From NCBI GenBank assembly GCA_039586795.1, contig JBDHJS010000002.1, forward strand, positions 64,001 to 128,000: DNA of 64,000 nucleotides, written 5' to 3'. The number at the start of each line of letters is the position of its first letter. The first letter of the stretch is position 1. This document shows, one piece after another, positions 27,243-36,557 of the stretch. This stretch comes from Gemmatimonadota bacterium. Lineage in GTDB: Bacteria > Gemmatimonadota > Gemmatimonadetes > Palauibacterales > KS3-K002. Made by a program: the position numbers and the translations under genes. The notes beneath the pieces are model-generated. The model saw only the letters and a program-made list of their open reading frames with translations, did not search any database and was not told the origin of the DNA.

Positions 27243-27605
27243 ATGGTGCGGAAGAGTGATAAGGGCGAGCCGCAGGAGCCGCGCAAGCAAGTCGTGGACT
27301 CCGAAGAAGTACTCCGGGCGAAATACCTGGACTACTGCTCGGCACGCGTTTGCGACGTCTTCATGGAGCTGGAGGAAGAGCGAGTCTTCGAGCTCGCTCG
27401 TGCGGTCGAAGATAAGATCGGCCTGACCCAGGGCCGGCTCACGTTCCGCGACCTCGCAGCTCTACTCGTCGAAAAACTTCTTGGCGACATGGCACTCCCC
27501 GAGTTCGAAGCTTGGGCGGAGGAGTATAAGGCGAGTCCGGAGAAGTACGATCCGTACTTGCTGGGGTTGTGGAAGAGTGGGGTGCCGGTTGATAGTAATC
27601 AGTAA
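27243..27605 (+). CDS. Hypothetical protein
   Basis: GGAGG RBS, protein-like composition (LRAKYLDYCSAR...LPEFEAWAEEY). Confidence 0.7.
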   Translation: MVRKSDKGEPQEPRKQVVDSEEVLRAKYLDYCSARVCDVFMELEEERVFELARAVEDKIGLTQGRLTFRDLAALLVEKLLGDMALPEFEAWAEEYKASPEKYDPYLLGLWKSGVPVDSNQ

Positions 27606-27840
27606 GAAGTAAACGAGTGGACAGGTAGGCAGTACTAGGTCAGTCTTCAGAACACCGCCAGCCAAACTCCGACCTTAGTAGGTCGTCCAGAGAGAGTTGC
27701 GACAGTTAATCGGCCATGCGGGTTTTCATCTCCGGTGCATCTCCTTTGCGGCGCGAATCGGGTGCCTAGCTCGACCACCGTTTGGGGTGGCGAGGACGTC
27801 AGCTAGAGAAACGCCAAACGGACCCGGTTGGATATCTGCA

Positions 27841-28101
27841 GGGAACTTCGCCCGGACTGCCGCGGCGTCGGTCGGCGGGATCATGGTCGTGGCCGCCCTG
27901 ATGGTGCACCTGCCGAACGGGTTCTTCATGAACTGGTCGGGGGCGCAGGCCGGGGAGGGATTCGAGTTTCATATCCTGGCGGCGTCGCTGGCGCTGGTCG
28001 TGGCCATCGGTGGGGCCGGTGCCCTGTCGTTCGATCGCGTGCTGGTGGCCGCCAAACCGCGCCAGGAGGGCTCGCCGGCCCGTGACCGGTCGGAGGGCTG
28101 A
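27841..28101 (+). pseudogene. DoxX-family gene fragment (C-terminal half only)
   Basis: MVVAALMVHLPNGFFMNWSGAQAGEGFEFHILA...GGAGALSFD is the DoxX C-terminus; the upstream in-frame sequence is not DoxX-like. Confidence 0.65.
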
Positions 28102-28147
28102 GAGGCGCGAGACGGTGGGGTCGGGGGTGTGAGATCGCCGCGCGGCT

Positions 28148-28197
28148 ATCATGCGAGCGATCATGTAAGAATCATGTTCTATCATGTGGCTATCATG
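28148..28197. repeat. Five helically phased ATCATG direct repeats
   Basis: ATCATG at 28148, 28160, 28171, 28181 and 28192. Confidence 0.7.
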
Positions 28198-28290
28198 TAG
28201 CCGTGGACAGACGCAGTCGAGGCGTGTCCTGGCCGCGCCGGCGGCCAGGACACAATGTCCAAAATATTGTCCTTAGGTAACTTACGTACC

Positions 28291-29049
28291 CTACGGCGAG
28301 AAGACGGACTCTTCGATTTCGGGGTTGATCTGGACGTCGGTGATGATCAGCTGCTTACGGGTCACGCCCCGCTCGTCGTAAAAGGTCCGGGTCCCCACGT
28401 AGGTGATGGGGCCCGCCTGGCCGAAGTCGGACCAGCGGGTCCGGTTGACGTTGGTGCGGCCTTCCTCGATGTAGTGGACCTCGATGGGGAAGGCCGAGCC
28501 CTCCTCGAAGTAGTAGTACCAGCGGTCGCCGGAATGGAGCCCGATGTTCTCGCCGAAGGTGACGGTGAACCCCGCGTGGCCGGTGGAATCGGCTGATATG
28601 TAGTGGAGGTTGACCCCAGGGTCCCGGAGCTTGTAGGGGAGCCCGATCCAGTAGATCACATCGCCGCTGATGTAGAGGACCTCGCGAACGGCCTTGGTGG
28701 TGTCGTCCATTGCGACGTCGTCCAGAGTGGCCCAGATCGTCCCGCGGCCGTCGTGGGCCTGGACGTAGTGGCCCTCCGCCTCGTCGCGCTCGATCCTCAC
28801 GCGGTGGGGATTCTTCTTGGCCCAGACGAAACGTGGCCGCCGGCGCACCTCTGTGCCGGTAGAGTCGAACCAAACGGTCGTGACCGTATAGCGCAGACTC
28901 TCGACGTCTTTCCAGGCACCGAGGCCGCCGGCGGCCTCGACCCACGCGTCGACCAGCTGATCGGCGGGTCCGGCGGGCTGACTCTGGCAGGCCAGCGAAG
29001 CGAAACTGGAGATCAGGGTGACGGCTAGGGCGTTCGCGATGACTCTCAT
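28291..29049 (-). CDS. Hypothetical lipoprotein (LolA-like / outer-membrane lipoprotein-sorting-like fold possible)
   Basis: Lipobox SLAC; EAAGGLGAW, YWIGLPYKLRDPGV, C-terminal VQINPEIEESVF. Confidence 0.65.
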   Translation of the reverse strand: MRVIANALAVTLISSFASLACQSQPAGPADQLVDAWVEAAGGLGAWKDVESLRYTVTTVWFDSTGTEVRRRPRFVWAKKNPHRVRIERDEAEGHYVQAHDGRGTIWATLDDVAMDDTTKAVREVLYISGDVIYWIGLPYKLRDPGVNLHYISADSTGHAGFTVTFGENIGLHSGDRWYYYFEEGSAFPIEVHYIEEGRTNVNRTRWSDFGQAGPITYVGTRTFYDERGVTRKQLIITDVQINPEIEESVFSP

Positions 29050-29229
29050 CAGGGCTCCCGGTCGAGGTCCCGTGTGCCTGGAATAACATCCGCACCTGTC
29101 GGGTAGGTTCCCGGCCAATCTAGCGCCCGTTGGTGAGCGCGACAGGGCGGTATCCCTCTTTCAGGAACCCGGGCCTCGGGGTATCATTCTGGCCGTCTAT
29201 CGCCGAGCGATTCACCGAGGGAGACGCGG

Positions 29230-29889
29230 ATGACGACGGGGCACACCAAGAAGCCGAGAATGGCGGACACGATCAGGATCGGCCGCTGGGATGTGGAGAA
29301 GCGGCTAGCGACGGCTCGCGTGGAGGGACGCGGTCCGAAGGCGGTGAGCGACGAATGTGCCGGCCACTGCTGTCACCACGGCGTCTATGCCTCGCTGCCC
29401 GAGCGCGATCGGATCCTCGAGTACGCCGACCGGGTCCAGGCGATGATGGATGAGACGCAATCGACGGACACGAGCGTCTGGTTCGAGGATGATGTCGAGG
29501 AGGACGAGGATTACCCGGGTGGTCTTTGCATCGGCACCAACGTCGTCAATGACAAATGCGCGTTCCTCGACGCCGAGGGCCTGTGCGTACTACAGAAGCT
29601 CGAGCGGGAGCTGAATCTGCCGCAGGGCGAGAGCCTGAAGCCGTTCTACTGCTATCTCTTTCCGCTGGTCACGTTCAAGAGCCGGGTCGAGTTCGACGAT
29701 CTTTGTGACGGAGTCCGTCCTTGTTGCACGTTGGCGGCGGACGGCCCGACGAAGGCAGTCGACGCCTTCGCTTTCGAGTTCACCCATATCCTGGGTGAGG
29801 AGGGCTACGAGGAATTCCGCCGGGCCGCGGAAGAGGCGGAACTGGAGCGCGCCGCGGAGCTCGAACGCGAAAAGCAGAGCCGCGAGTAG
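29230..29889 (+). CDS. Cys-rich DUF3109 / YkgJ-like putative Fe-S or Zn protein
   Basis: CAGHCCHHG, KCAFLD..GLC.LQ, KPFYCYLFPL. Confidence 0.7.
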   Translation: MTTGHTKKPRMADTIRIGRWDVEKRLATARVEGRGPKAVSDECAGHCCHHGVYASLPERDRILEYADRVQAMMDETQSTDTSVWFEDDVEEDEDYPGGLCIGTNVVNDKCAFLDAEGLCVLQKLERELNLPQGESLKPFYCYLFPLVTFKSRVEFDDLCDGVRPCCTLAADGPTKAVDAFAFEFTHILGEEGYEEFRRAAEEAELERAAELEREKQSRE

Positions 29890-29905
29890 CCTCTCCCGCC
29901 GAGTT

Positions 29906-30304
29906 TTATGGGATAGGGACGACCTGGATTCCGACGCGTCTTGTTCGCGGACCGTCGAATTCGCAGAGGAAGACGGATTGCCAGGTTCCGAGGGCGATCT
30001 CGCCTTCGGAGACCAGCAGTGCGGCGCCGGGGTTCATCAGGCTGGTCTTCACGTGGGAGTCGGAGTTCCCCTCGGCGTGATGATAACCCTCGTCCCGGGG
30101 GACCAGCTGTCCCAGCTTCCAATCGATATCGCGAGCAACATCAGGGTCGGCGCCTTCGTTGACGGTCAGGCCGCAGGTGGTGTGGAAGGACCAGAGGTGG
30201 GCGACACCCTCCTCGACGCCGGTGCGGCGAACCGCCTCGCGGACCTGGCCTGTGATGTCGATCAGCTCCGACCTACGCGACGTCTTTACCTTTAGTATCT
30301 CCAT
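29906..30304 (-). CDS. yjbQ: YjbQ (UPF0047) family protein
   Basis: HTTCGLTVNEGADPDV, HAEGNSDSHVK, LGTWQSVFLCEFDGPR. Confidence 0.9.
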   Translation of the reverse strand: MEILKVKTSRRSELIDITGQVREAVRRTGVEEGVAHLWSFHTTCGLTVNEGADPDVARDIDWKLGQLVPRDEGYHHAEGNSDSHVKTSLMNPGAALLVSEGEIALGTWQSVFLCEFDGPRTRRVGIQVVPIP

Positions 30305-30725
30305 CCTCGGCGTCCGCTTCCTTGGCAGTCGTGTCCGAGTCATCGGCCGGTGGACCCGGCGAATCAGTGGCCGACGGGTCTTCCGCCTGCGGCGCCGATG
30401 ATGCGGCCGGCGCCCGTGGCGTCATGGCGATCTCCGCCTCGCTGGTGACTTCCGGTTCGGAATCCTCGGGGATCTCCGCCGTCGAGGCCGGCTCGTCGGA
30501 CAGCGGCGACGGCGGAAGGATGCTCTTCATATAGGATTTGGCGTCGGTGGCCTGCTGGTCGGCCTGGGCGACCTCCCGCTTCACCTCGTTCAGCGCCTTC
30601 TGGAACTCCCGCATCGTCTTACCGATGGACTGGGCAATACCGGGCAAGCGGCGCGGCCCGAAGAAGATTAGGGCGAACGCCAGGATGACGAGGAATTCGG
30701 TCCAGCCGATATTGCCAATGCCCAT
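30273..30725 (-). CDS. Twin-arginine translocase TatA/TatB family subunit
   Basis: IGWTEFLVILAFALIFFGPRRLPGIAQSIGKTMREFQK followed by an acidic tail. Confidence 0.88.
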   Translation of the reverse strand: MGIGNIGWTEFLVILAFALIFFGPRRLPGIAQSIGKTMREFQKALNEVKREVAQADQQATDAKSYMKSILPPSPLSDEPASTAEIPEDSEPEVTSEAEIAMTPRAPAASSAPQAEDPSATDSPGPPADDSDTTAKEADAEDGDTKGKDVA

Positions 30726-30763
30726 GGGATTCTGGGATTCGGTGATTACGAGATTCGGGGGTT
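30726..30763. repeat. Intergenic repeat family A, third copy
   Basis: GATTACGAGATTCGGGGGTT (30744-30763) is identical to 4683-4702. Confidence 0.7.
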
Positions 30764-30862
30764 GGACAGCCGCGCGGGCGCCAACCACCACTTCAATATA
30801 GCGCCCTGCTGGCAGGCGTCAGTAGCCGTGGGAATCGGGGGGGTCCGGTCGTAACCCCAGAA

Positions 30863-31972
30863 TCACCGATTCCCCTCAGGCTCGTAGGCGCAGAACGGGT
30901 CCGACTCCATCGCGTCACCGGTCATGCCGTAGGCGCGGGCCCGGGAGCCGCCGCACATCCAGCGGAACTCGCAGCGACCGCACTTCCCCTTCAGGCTGTC
31001 CATGTCGCGTAGCTCGGCCAGGTGCGGTGAGTCGCGGTAGATGGAGGGGAGTGGTTCGTCGTGTACGTTGCCCAGCAGCGGGTGGGGCAAGAAGCCGGCG
31101 GGGTACACCTCGCCTTTGTGGGAGACGAAGATCACGCCGTTGCCGTCGCGGACGCCGAAGCCCATCCGCATCGCCATCTTGTTGACCTCGTCCAGCGTCA
31201 TCCCCTCTTCCAGCTTCCGCTGCAGCCAGTAGCGTCTGTAATGAGGCGCTTCCACCGTACCCAGGTGGAACGGCGCGTCGCCGGCGATGCCGTACACCCA
31301 GGCGCAGAGCTCCTCGATATCGTCCGCGGATGGAATTCCCAACTCCTGGCCGCGGCCCACCGGGACCAGCAGGAAGAGGCTCCAGCGGCGCACCGGTGGC
31401 GCGAACTCCTTGCTCAGCAGCCGGTACATCTCGTCAAGGTGCGGCAACGTCTCACTGGTCACGGTCGTGTTGATCTGAACCGGGATGCCAAACTCCCGCG
31501 CCCAACTCAGCGCGTTCATCGAGTTGTCGAAGGTGCCGGGGACGCGGCGGAAATTGTCGTGGACTTCGGCGTTGGGTCCGTCCAGGCTGGTCCCCATGGC
31601 CGAGACGCCCAGCTGCTTGAACTTCTCCACGACCTCACGAGTGAGGGTCGGCGTGGTGCTCGGCGTGATACTGACAGGCAGGCCGATCTCTCGACCGTAG
31701 GCGATCAGGTCGAAGAGGTCGGGCCGCTTCATCGGATCGCCGCCCGTCAGGATGATCATGCTGCCCATCTCTTTCACATCCCGCATCAGCGCCTGGGCCT
31801 GCTCGGTGGTCAGTTCCAGAGGGTCGCGGTGCGGGATGGCGGACGCCCGACAGTGCACGCAGTCGAGGTCACAGGCGATGGTCATCTCCCAGTAGACGTT
31901 ACGTGGCGCCTGTCGGAAGACGTAGCCCGGATATTGTGTAGTTGTAACGAGTTCTGCCTGTAGACCCATCAA
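30863..31972 (-). CDS. Radical SAM/SPASM protein, NirJ/Ahb-like (resembles TIGR04053 family)
   Basis: VYWEMTIACDLDCVHCRA, TGGDP, GVRDGNGVIFVSHKGEVYP, KCGRCEFRWMCGGSRARA...DPFC. Confidence 0.85.
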   Translation of the reverse strand: MMGLQAELVTTTQYPGYVFRQAPRNVYWEMTIACDLDCVHCRASAIPHRDPLELTTEQAQALMRDVKEMGSMIILTGGDPMKRPDLFDLIAYGREIGLPVSITPSTTPTLTREVVEKFKQLGVSAMGTSLDGPNAEVHDNFRRVPGTFDNSMNALSWAREFGIPVQINTTVTSETLPHLDEMYRLLSKEFAPPVRRWSLFLLVPVGRGQELGIPSADDIEELCAWVYGIAGDAPFHLGTVEAPHYRRYWLQRKLEEGMTLDEVNKMAMRMGFGVRDGNGVIFVSHKGEVYPAGFLPHPLLGNVHDEPLPSIYRDSPHLAELRDMDSLKGKCGRCEFRWMCGGSRARAYGMTGDAMESDPFCAYEPEGNR

Positions 31973-32139
31973 TGCCTCTCGATTTCAGGGAGTTTGGATG
32001 TCCGGAATGTGAACGCGGGGAGCCCGGGGTCAAGGTCCCGGGGCGTGTCCTTGCAGAGCCAGGTTGCTTTAGCGGCTTGGCGGTGCCATGCTGGGCCCTG
32101 ACGGGAGTCCTTTAGTTCCTACCAGAGATCGCGAGCTCC

Positions 32140-32979
32140 ATGCGGCCACGTATTCTGGAAGTCCTGCGCGACCAGGGTCTGGGGTGGCTGACCTGGATGG
32201 TCCCCCAATCGAGCTTCATGTTCAGCCTGGCTCTCGCCGCGGTGCTGGGTCTGTTTCTGTGGCGGTCGAGGCAGACGTCGCTATCGATCGACATCGCGCT
32301 GCGCGCCGCGGTGGCCGCGACGGTTGCCGCGCTCATCGGCACGAGACTCTTTTGGGTCCTGACCAGCGGCGCCCTCTTTCGCTTGAGCCCCATCGAGTGG
32401 ATCGGTCAACACGGCACCGGTTCGTGGGGCGTCTACATCGGCGCGATGGTGGGAGCGGCGCTCTACCTGCGGTACGCGAAAGTGCCAGCGTTGCCGTACG
32501 TGGACGTGATGGCATCCTGCGCGGCGCTCGGTACCGCCATCGGTCGCATCGGTTGCTTCCTCGCCGGCTGTGATTTCGGGCGGGTCACGTCGATGTACTG
32601 GGGTGTGCAGTATCCGGTGGGCAGCCGCGCCTACGTGGCGCACCTCTCCGACGGCAGCTTACCGCCCGATGCAACGTTGTCGTTGCCGGTCTTTCCGCTG
32701 CCGCTCTACCTGAGCATGAACGGCTTCCTGGTCTTTCTGCTGGTCAGCTTCATCTGGCGACGTGGGCGTGGCGTGCCGGGCCTGACCCTGGCGGCGTTCT
32801 GGATCATCTACCCGGTCAGTCGCTTCCTGTGGGAGTTGTTGCGGGACCCCGCGGCGGGCGGCGCTGAGCGAGGGCTTTCTGTCTCGCAGTGGATGTGCCT
32901 GGGTACGCTGGCGGGCGGACTGGTCTTGCTGAGCCTCGTTAGGCGTTGGGAAAGAGAAAGCCAGACGGCCGCTCTCTAA
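32140..32979 (+). CDS. Prolipoprotein diacylglyceryl transferase (Lgt)-like membrane protein
   Basis: AIGRIGCFLAGCDFG, RFLWELLR, LSVSQW; multiple TM segments. Confidence 0.75.
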   Translation: MRPRILEVLRDQGLGWLTWMVPQSSFMFSLALAAVLGLFLWRSRQTSLSIDIALRAAVAATVAALIGTRLFWVLTSGALFRLSPIEWIGQHGTGSWGVYIGAMVGAALYLRYAKVPALPYVDVMASCAALGTAIGRIGCFLAGCDFGRVTSMYWGVQYPVGSRAYVAHLSDGSLPPDATLSLPVFPLPLYLSMNGFLVFLLVSFIWRRGRGVPGLTLAAFWIIYPVSRFLWELLRDPAAGGAERGLSVSQWMCLGTLAGGLVLLSLVRRWERESQTAAL

Positions 32980-35573
32980 GTCCCGTCTTCGGTCCGCGGG
33001 AGGAGAGCCCGGTAACGTTCCGCTTGGTCCAGCCTTCCCCATGATTCGTAGAGCGTGACCAGGCGCCGTACGGCGTCCAGCGTGTAAGAATTGTCCTCGC
33101 CTGACGATGAGCGGAGGGCGGCGTAAGCCTGGAGAAGCAGACTCTCCGCTTCTGGATACCGGCCTGCTGAGGTCAGGCAAGTGCCTTCAACGGCTTTGGC
33201 GAACGCGGTCCACGCGTGATCGGGGCCCAGAGTCTGGATGTAGCTCTCCATCCGGTCTCGCTGGAAGGGCTCTGCCGTGGCCGTGTCGCCGACAGTCATC
33301 AAGAAGTCACCAAGTGCCCCGTAGGAAGACCCTACCCGCCAGTGTCCTTCCGGCCAATGGTCTTCAGCGATGCGGATGGCTTCGAGTAGGACTTCCTCCG
33401 TCTCCGCCACTTTCCCTTGCTGATCCAGCACGGATGCCAGGTTGTTGTGGAGCAGTATCACGTTCGGTGGGGTGCTCCACTCCTGGGCATAGCTTACAGC
33501 TTCGCGATATAGCAACTCAGCTTGCTCAAATTCCTCTCTTGTCATGTGAAGGTATGCCAGATTGTTGAGTGCCGGCGCGAGAATACTGGCGCCCGAATCG
33601 CCGTGTGTGCGAAGTAGCGGTATCACCGCACGATAAAGAGCCTCCGCAGAATCCAGCTCACCTTTCCCCCGGAGCACAAAGGCCAGTTCGAGGCGAGCTT
33701 CGACGGTTCTGAAGTGATCTTCCCCCAGGTAACTGCTTCGCGTGGCGATCACCTGGTCCATAAGCACTTCTGCGGAGTCCGGGTCTCCCAATTCGCGAAG
33801 CGAAGAAGCGAGCTTCAGCTGCGCCGCAGCCATTGCCAGGGCATCATGGCCGAGGCTCGTGCGCAGCTCGATCACTTCGGAGAACAGCGGAGCAGCGTTA
33901 TGAAACCTGCGCCGCTCAAACTCGGTCTCGGCGAGCTGCTGGAGCGCGTCCGCTACGTCGGGGTGCTCAGGGCCGTGGACCGACCGCTCGACGTTCAGAA
34001 TCTCCTCACGTAGGGCCAGCTCTCTGTCGTAGAGACCGAGGTTGCGGTAGGCCTGGCTGAGCACGTCCAGCATGCGAAGGCTGATCTCCGGCTCATCTTG
34101 CAGAGTGCTGGCGATCTGTTCGGCGCCGCGGTCGAGAAGAGTGCGTACTCTGACGGTGTCGCCAACACCTGCCGTTGGGTCGGCGGTTCGGAACATGTCG
34201 ATCAGCAGTGCGGAGATCTGCTCTGTGGTCGCGGCTTCGTGAGCGATCGCTCTCGACTGTGCCGCCGTCGTGACGGCGAACCGAAGGGCGAGTCCGGCGA
34301 GGGCCACAACCAGCACCACGAATGCGGCGGCGATGCCAACCGCGATCTTGTTGCGCCGGACGAAGCGTGACGTGCGGTAGCGTAGCGTGTCTTTGCGAGC
34401 GCTGACGGGAAGGCCGCTCAGGTAGCGGTGGATGTCTTCCGCGAAGTGAGATACCGATGGATAGCGTCGCCCCGGCTCCTTTCTGAGGGCCATCAGAATG
34501 ATGGTATCGAGATCGCCCGTAAGGTCGCGACCCAGCCGGGGAACGGTCGTGTTGCGTGCGTCGGCTACTTCGGCGGGGGTGGCTCGGCTCGCTGTGCTTC
34601 CGTCGTCCGCCGGTTCCGCAGCGCGGAGCACGCGGGTGCTCGGCCGTGTTGGTTCCTCCTCACATATGGTACGCTCGGCGTCGGTCGGCGAGGTGAAGGC
34701 GGAGGCGTACGGATGGTATCCGGTGAGCAGCCTGTACAGCAGAATCCCCAGTGAGTAGACATCGCTCGCCGTCGAGATCGACTCTCCTCGAACCTGCTCC
34801 GGGCTCGCGTAGGCGAGGGTCATGGGGCGAGCGTGTTGAGTGAAGGTCGTGCCCTCCTTCGCCTTCTCCCGGTCGATCATGCGGGCAATTCCGAAGTCGA
34901 GTAGCCTGATCTCGCCCGAGTCTGTCACCAGGATGTTGCCTGGCTTGAGGTCACGATGCACGACGAGGTTGCGATGTGCGTGCTGGACCGCTTCGCACAC
35001 GCTCAGGAAGATCTTCAGCCGCTCGGCGACGGTCAGGCGATGTTCGTCGCAGTAGACGTCGATGGGCGTGCCCTCGACATAGTCCATGACGTAGTACGGC
35101 GTGCCGTCCTCCGTCACACCACCGTCCAGCAGCCGGGCGATGCCCGGGTGTTCCAGTCGGGCCAAGATCTGTCGCTCGAGCAGGAAGCGATGTCGCGACT
35201 CCTCGGAGTCCATTCCGAGTGGTAGGAGCTTCAGCGCGACCTGTTTCTCGAACTGTTCGTCATCGCGCTCGGCGAGATAGACGGCGCCCATGCCGCCGCG
35301 CCCTATGAGGGCGATGAGTCGGTAGTTGCCGACACGGCGTCCGACCAGGTTCTCGTCATCATCGTCGTTCACAGCGGGAATGCCGGCGCGATCGGCCAGC
35401 TCGGAGAAGTAATCGCCGGCGGAGTCGGCAGAATCCAGGAGGGAAAGGACTTCGCGTTCTAGCTCGGCGTCCCCGCCACAGGCGTCGGCTACGAAACGGG
35501 CGCGCTCAACCGGCGGCCGCTCGAGCGCGTCGGCGAAGATCTGCTCCACTTGCTGCCAGCGTTCGGACTTCAT
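32976..35573 (-). CDS. Membrane Ser/Thr protein kinase with C-terminal TPR repeats
   Basis: GRGGMGAVY, VALK, HRDLKPGN, DFG, YASPEQ, DVYSLG, a TM segment, then TPR-like repeats. Confidence 0.95.
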   Translation of the reverse strand: MKSERWQQVEQIFADALERPPVERARFVADACGGDAELEREVLSLLDSADSAGDYFSELADRAGIPAVNDDDDENLVGRRVGNYRLIALIGRGGMGAVYLAERDDEQFEKQVALKLLPLGMDSEESRHRFLLERQILARLEHPGIARLLDGGVTEDGTPYYVMDYVEGTPIDVYCDEHRLTVAERLKIFLSVCEAVQHAHRNLVVHRDLKPGNILVTDSGEIRLLDFGIARMIDREKAKEGTTFTQHARPMTLAYASPEQVRGESISTASDVYSLGILLYRLLTGYHPYASAFTSPTDAERTICEEEPTRPSTRVLRAAEPADDGSTASRATPAEVADARNTTVPRLGRDLTGDLDTIILMALRKEPGRRYPSVSHFAEDIHRYLSGLPVSARKDTLRYRTSRFVRRNKIAVGIAAAFVVLVVALAGLALRFAVTTAAQSRAIAHEAATTEQISALLIDMFRTADPTAGVGDTVRVRTLLDRGAEQIASTLQDEPEISLRMLDVLSQAYRNLGLYDRELALREEILNVERSVHGPEHPDVADALQQLAETEFERRRFHNAAPLFSEVIELRTSLGHDALAMAAAQLKLASSLRELGDPDSAEVLMDQVIATRSSYLGEDHFRTVEARLELAFVLRGKGELDSAEALYRAVIPLLRTHGDSGASILAPALNNLAYLHMTREEFEQAELLYREAVSYAQEWSTPPNVILLHNNLASVLDQQGKVAETEEVLLEAIRIAEDHWPEGHWRVGSSYGALGDFLMTVGDTATAEPFQRDRMESYIQTLGPDHAWTAFAKAVEGTCLTSAGRYPEAESLLLQAYAALRSSSGEDNSYTLDAVRRLVTLYESWGRLDQAERYRALLPRTEDGT

Positions 35574-35581
35574 GTCGAGAC

Positions 35582-36151
35582 CTACGTCAGGTTCGTTTTG
35601 ATCTCACGGTGCAGCCAGGCGCTCGCTAGCGCCCAGTCACGTTTCACGGTCGCCGGTGAGATGTTCAGGGCTTCGGCCGTCTCTTCGATGGCAAGGCCGG
35701 CGTAGAACCGGGCTTCCACCACCCGGGCCTGTCGCTCACTCTTCTCTGCCAACCGATCGAGTGCTTCGTGAAGTGCCAGGACCTCCTCGGCCACCTCCTC
35801 GCTTACCGGATTGTGATCGTCTAGCGGAACGTGCTTCGCGCCACCACCCCGTTTGGCGGCTCGCCTTTGCTCTGCGTAGTTGACCAACACGTGCCGCATC
35901 GCCCGCGCGGCTACGGCCAGGAAGTGCGCCCGATCGTTCCAGTCGGCGCTGCTCTGGTCCACGAGTTTCAGATAGGCCTCGTGCACCAGGGCGGTCGTAT
36001 CCAGCGTGTCGTCGCCGCTCCAGCGGCCGCGTTGGATGCGAGCGCGGTTGCGAAGCTCCTCGTAGACGAGCTCGAAGACCTCGTCCAGAGCCTCGCGGTC
36101 GCCCTGGCCGGCGGCGCGGAGCCGCGCCGTGATCTCATCTGGCGGGAGCAT
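35582..36151 (-). CDS. ECF sigma factor of the Ser/Thr-kinase-associated type (TIGR02999-like)
   Basis: VYEELR, TLDTTALVHEAYLKL, RAHFLAVAARAMR, AAKRGG, TVKRDW. Confidence 0.92.
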   Translation of the reverse strand: MLPPDEITARLRAAGQGDREALDEVFELVYEELRNRARIQRGRWSGDDTLDTTALVHEAYLKLVDQSSADWNDRAHFLAVAARAMRHVLVNYAEQRRAAKRGGGAKHVPLDDHNPVSEEVAEEVLALHEALDRLAEKSERQARVVEARFYAGLAIEETAEALNISPATVKRDWALASAWLHREIKTNLT

Positions 36152-36186
36152 TCGTCCTGTCGGAGTCGACGCTCCCTATTTGGGTA

Positions 36187-36214
36187 AACAGGGAACGGGG
36201 TGAGAAACGGCTCA
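36187..36214 (-). promoter_or_regulatory. Putative ECF promoter (autoregulatory copy)
   Basis: TGAGCCG-N15-CCTGTT upstream of the sigma gene. Confidence 0.6.
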
Positions 36215-36402
36215 CCGTGTTGCGATAAGCTCGTAAGACGTGATCGTGCAGCGAAATGCGGTACGTGACTGCTGCCACGGCAATCTCCAGAGCAGAGGAC
36301 TCCTCAAAAGCCGCCGCACCAGCTAATCGCACACATCGGTCAACATGAAGAAGGAGAGACGGGCCGGCAACCTTCCTGGGGCGGGTCGGGGCCCAAGCTC
36401 GA

Positions 36403-36430
36403 TGAGCCGATTTGGGTCCGTTTTCCTGTT
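36403..36430 (+). promoter_or_regulatory. Putative ECF promoter (target copy)
   Basis: TGAGCCG-N15-CCTGTT upstream of the divergent lipoprotein gene. Confidence 0.6.
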
Positions 36431-36557
36431 ACAGGGATGGCCACCGAAAAACGGATCGACTTCGGGGCTCGGCGGGCCGTGATCCTCGGTGGATCCGGGG
36501 TCGGAGAAAGAGTTTCCGGAGTCGATCCACAAAGTCCTGGACTCGGAGGTGAAAACC

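Noticed and set aside
30863..31972. SPASM enzyme as maturase for the 15789 peptide
   Set aside because: It lies ~15 kb away, has no RRE domain, and resembles the NirJ/Ahb-like group.
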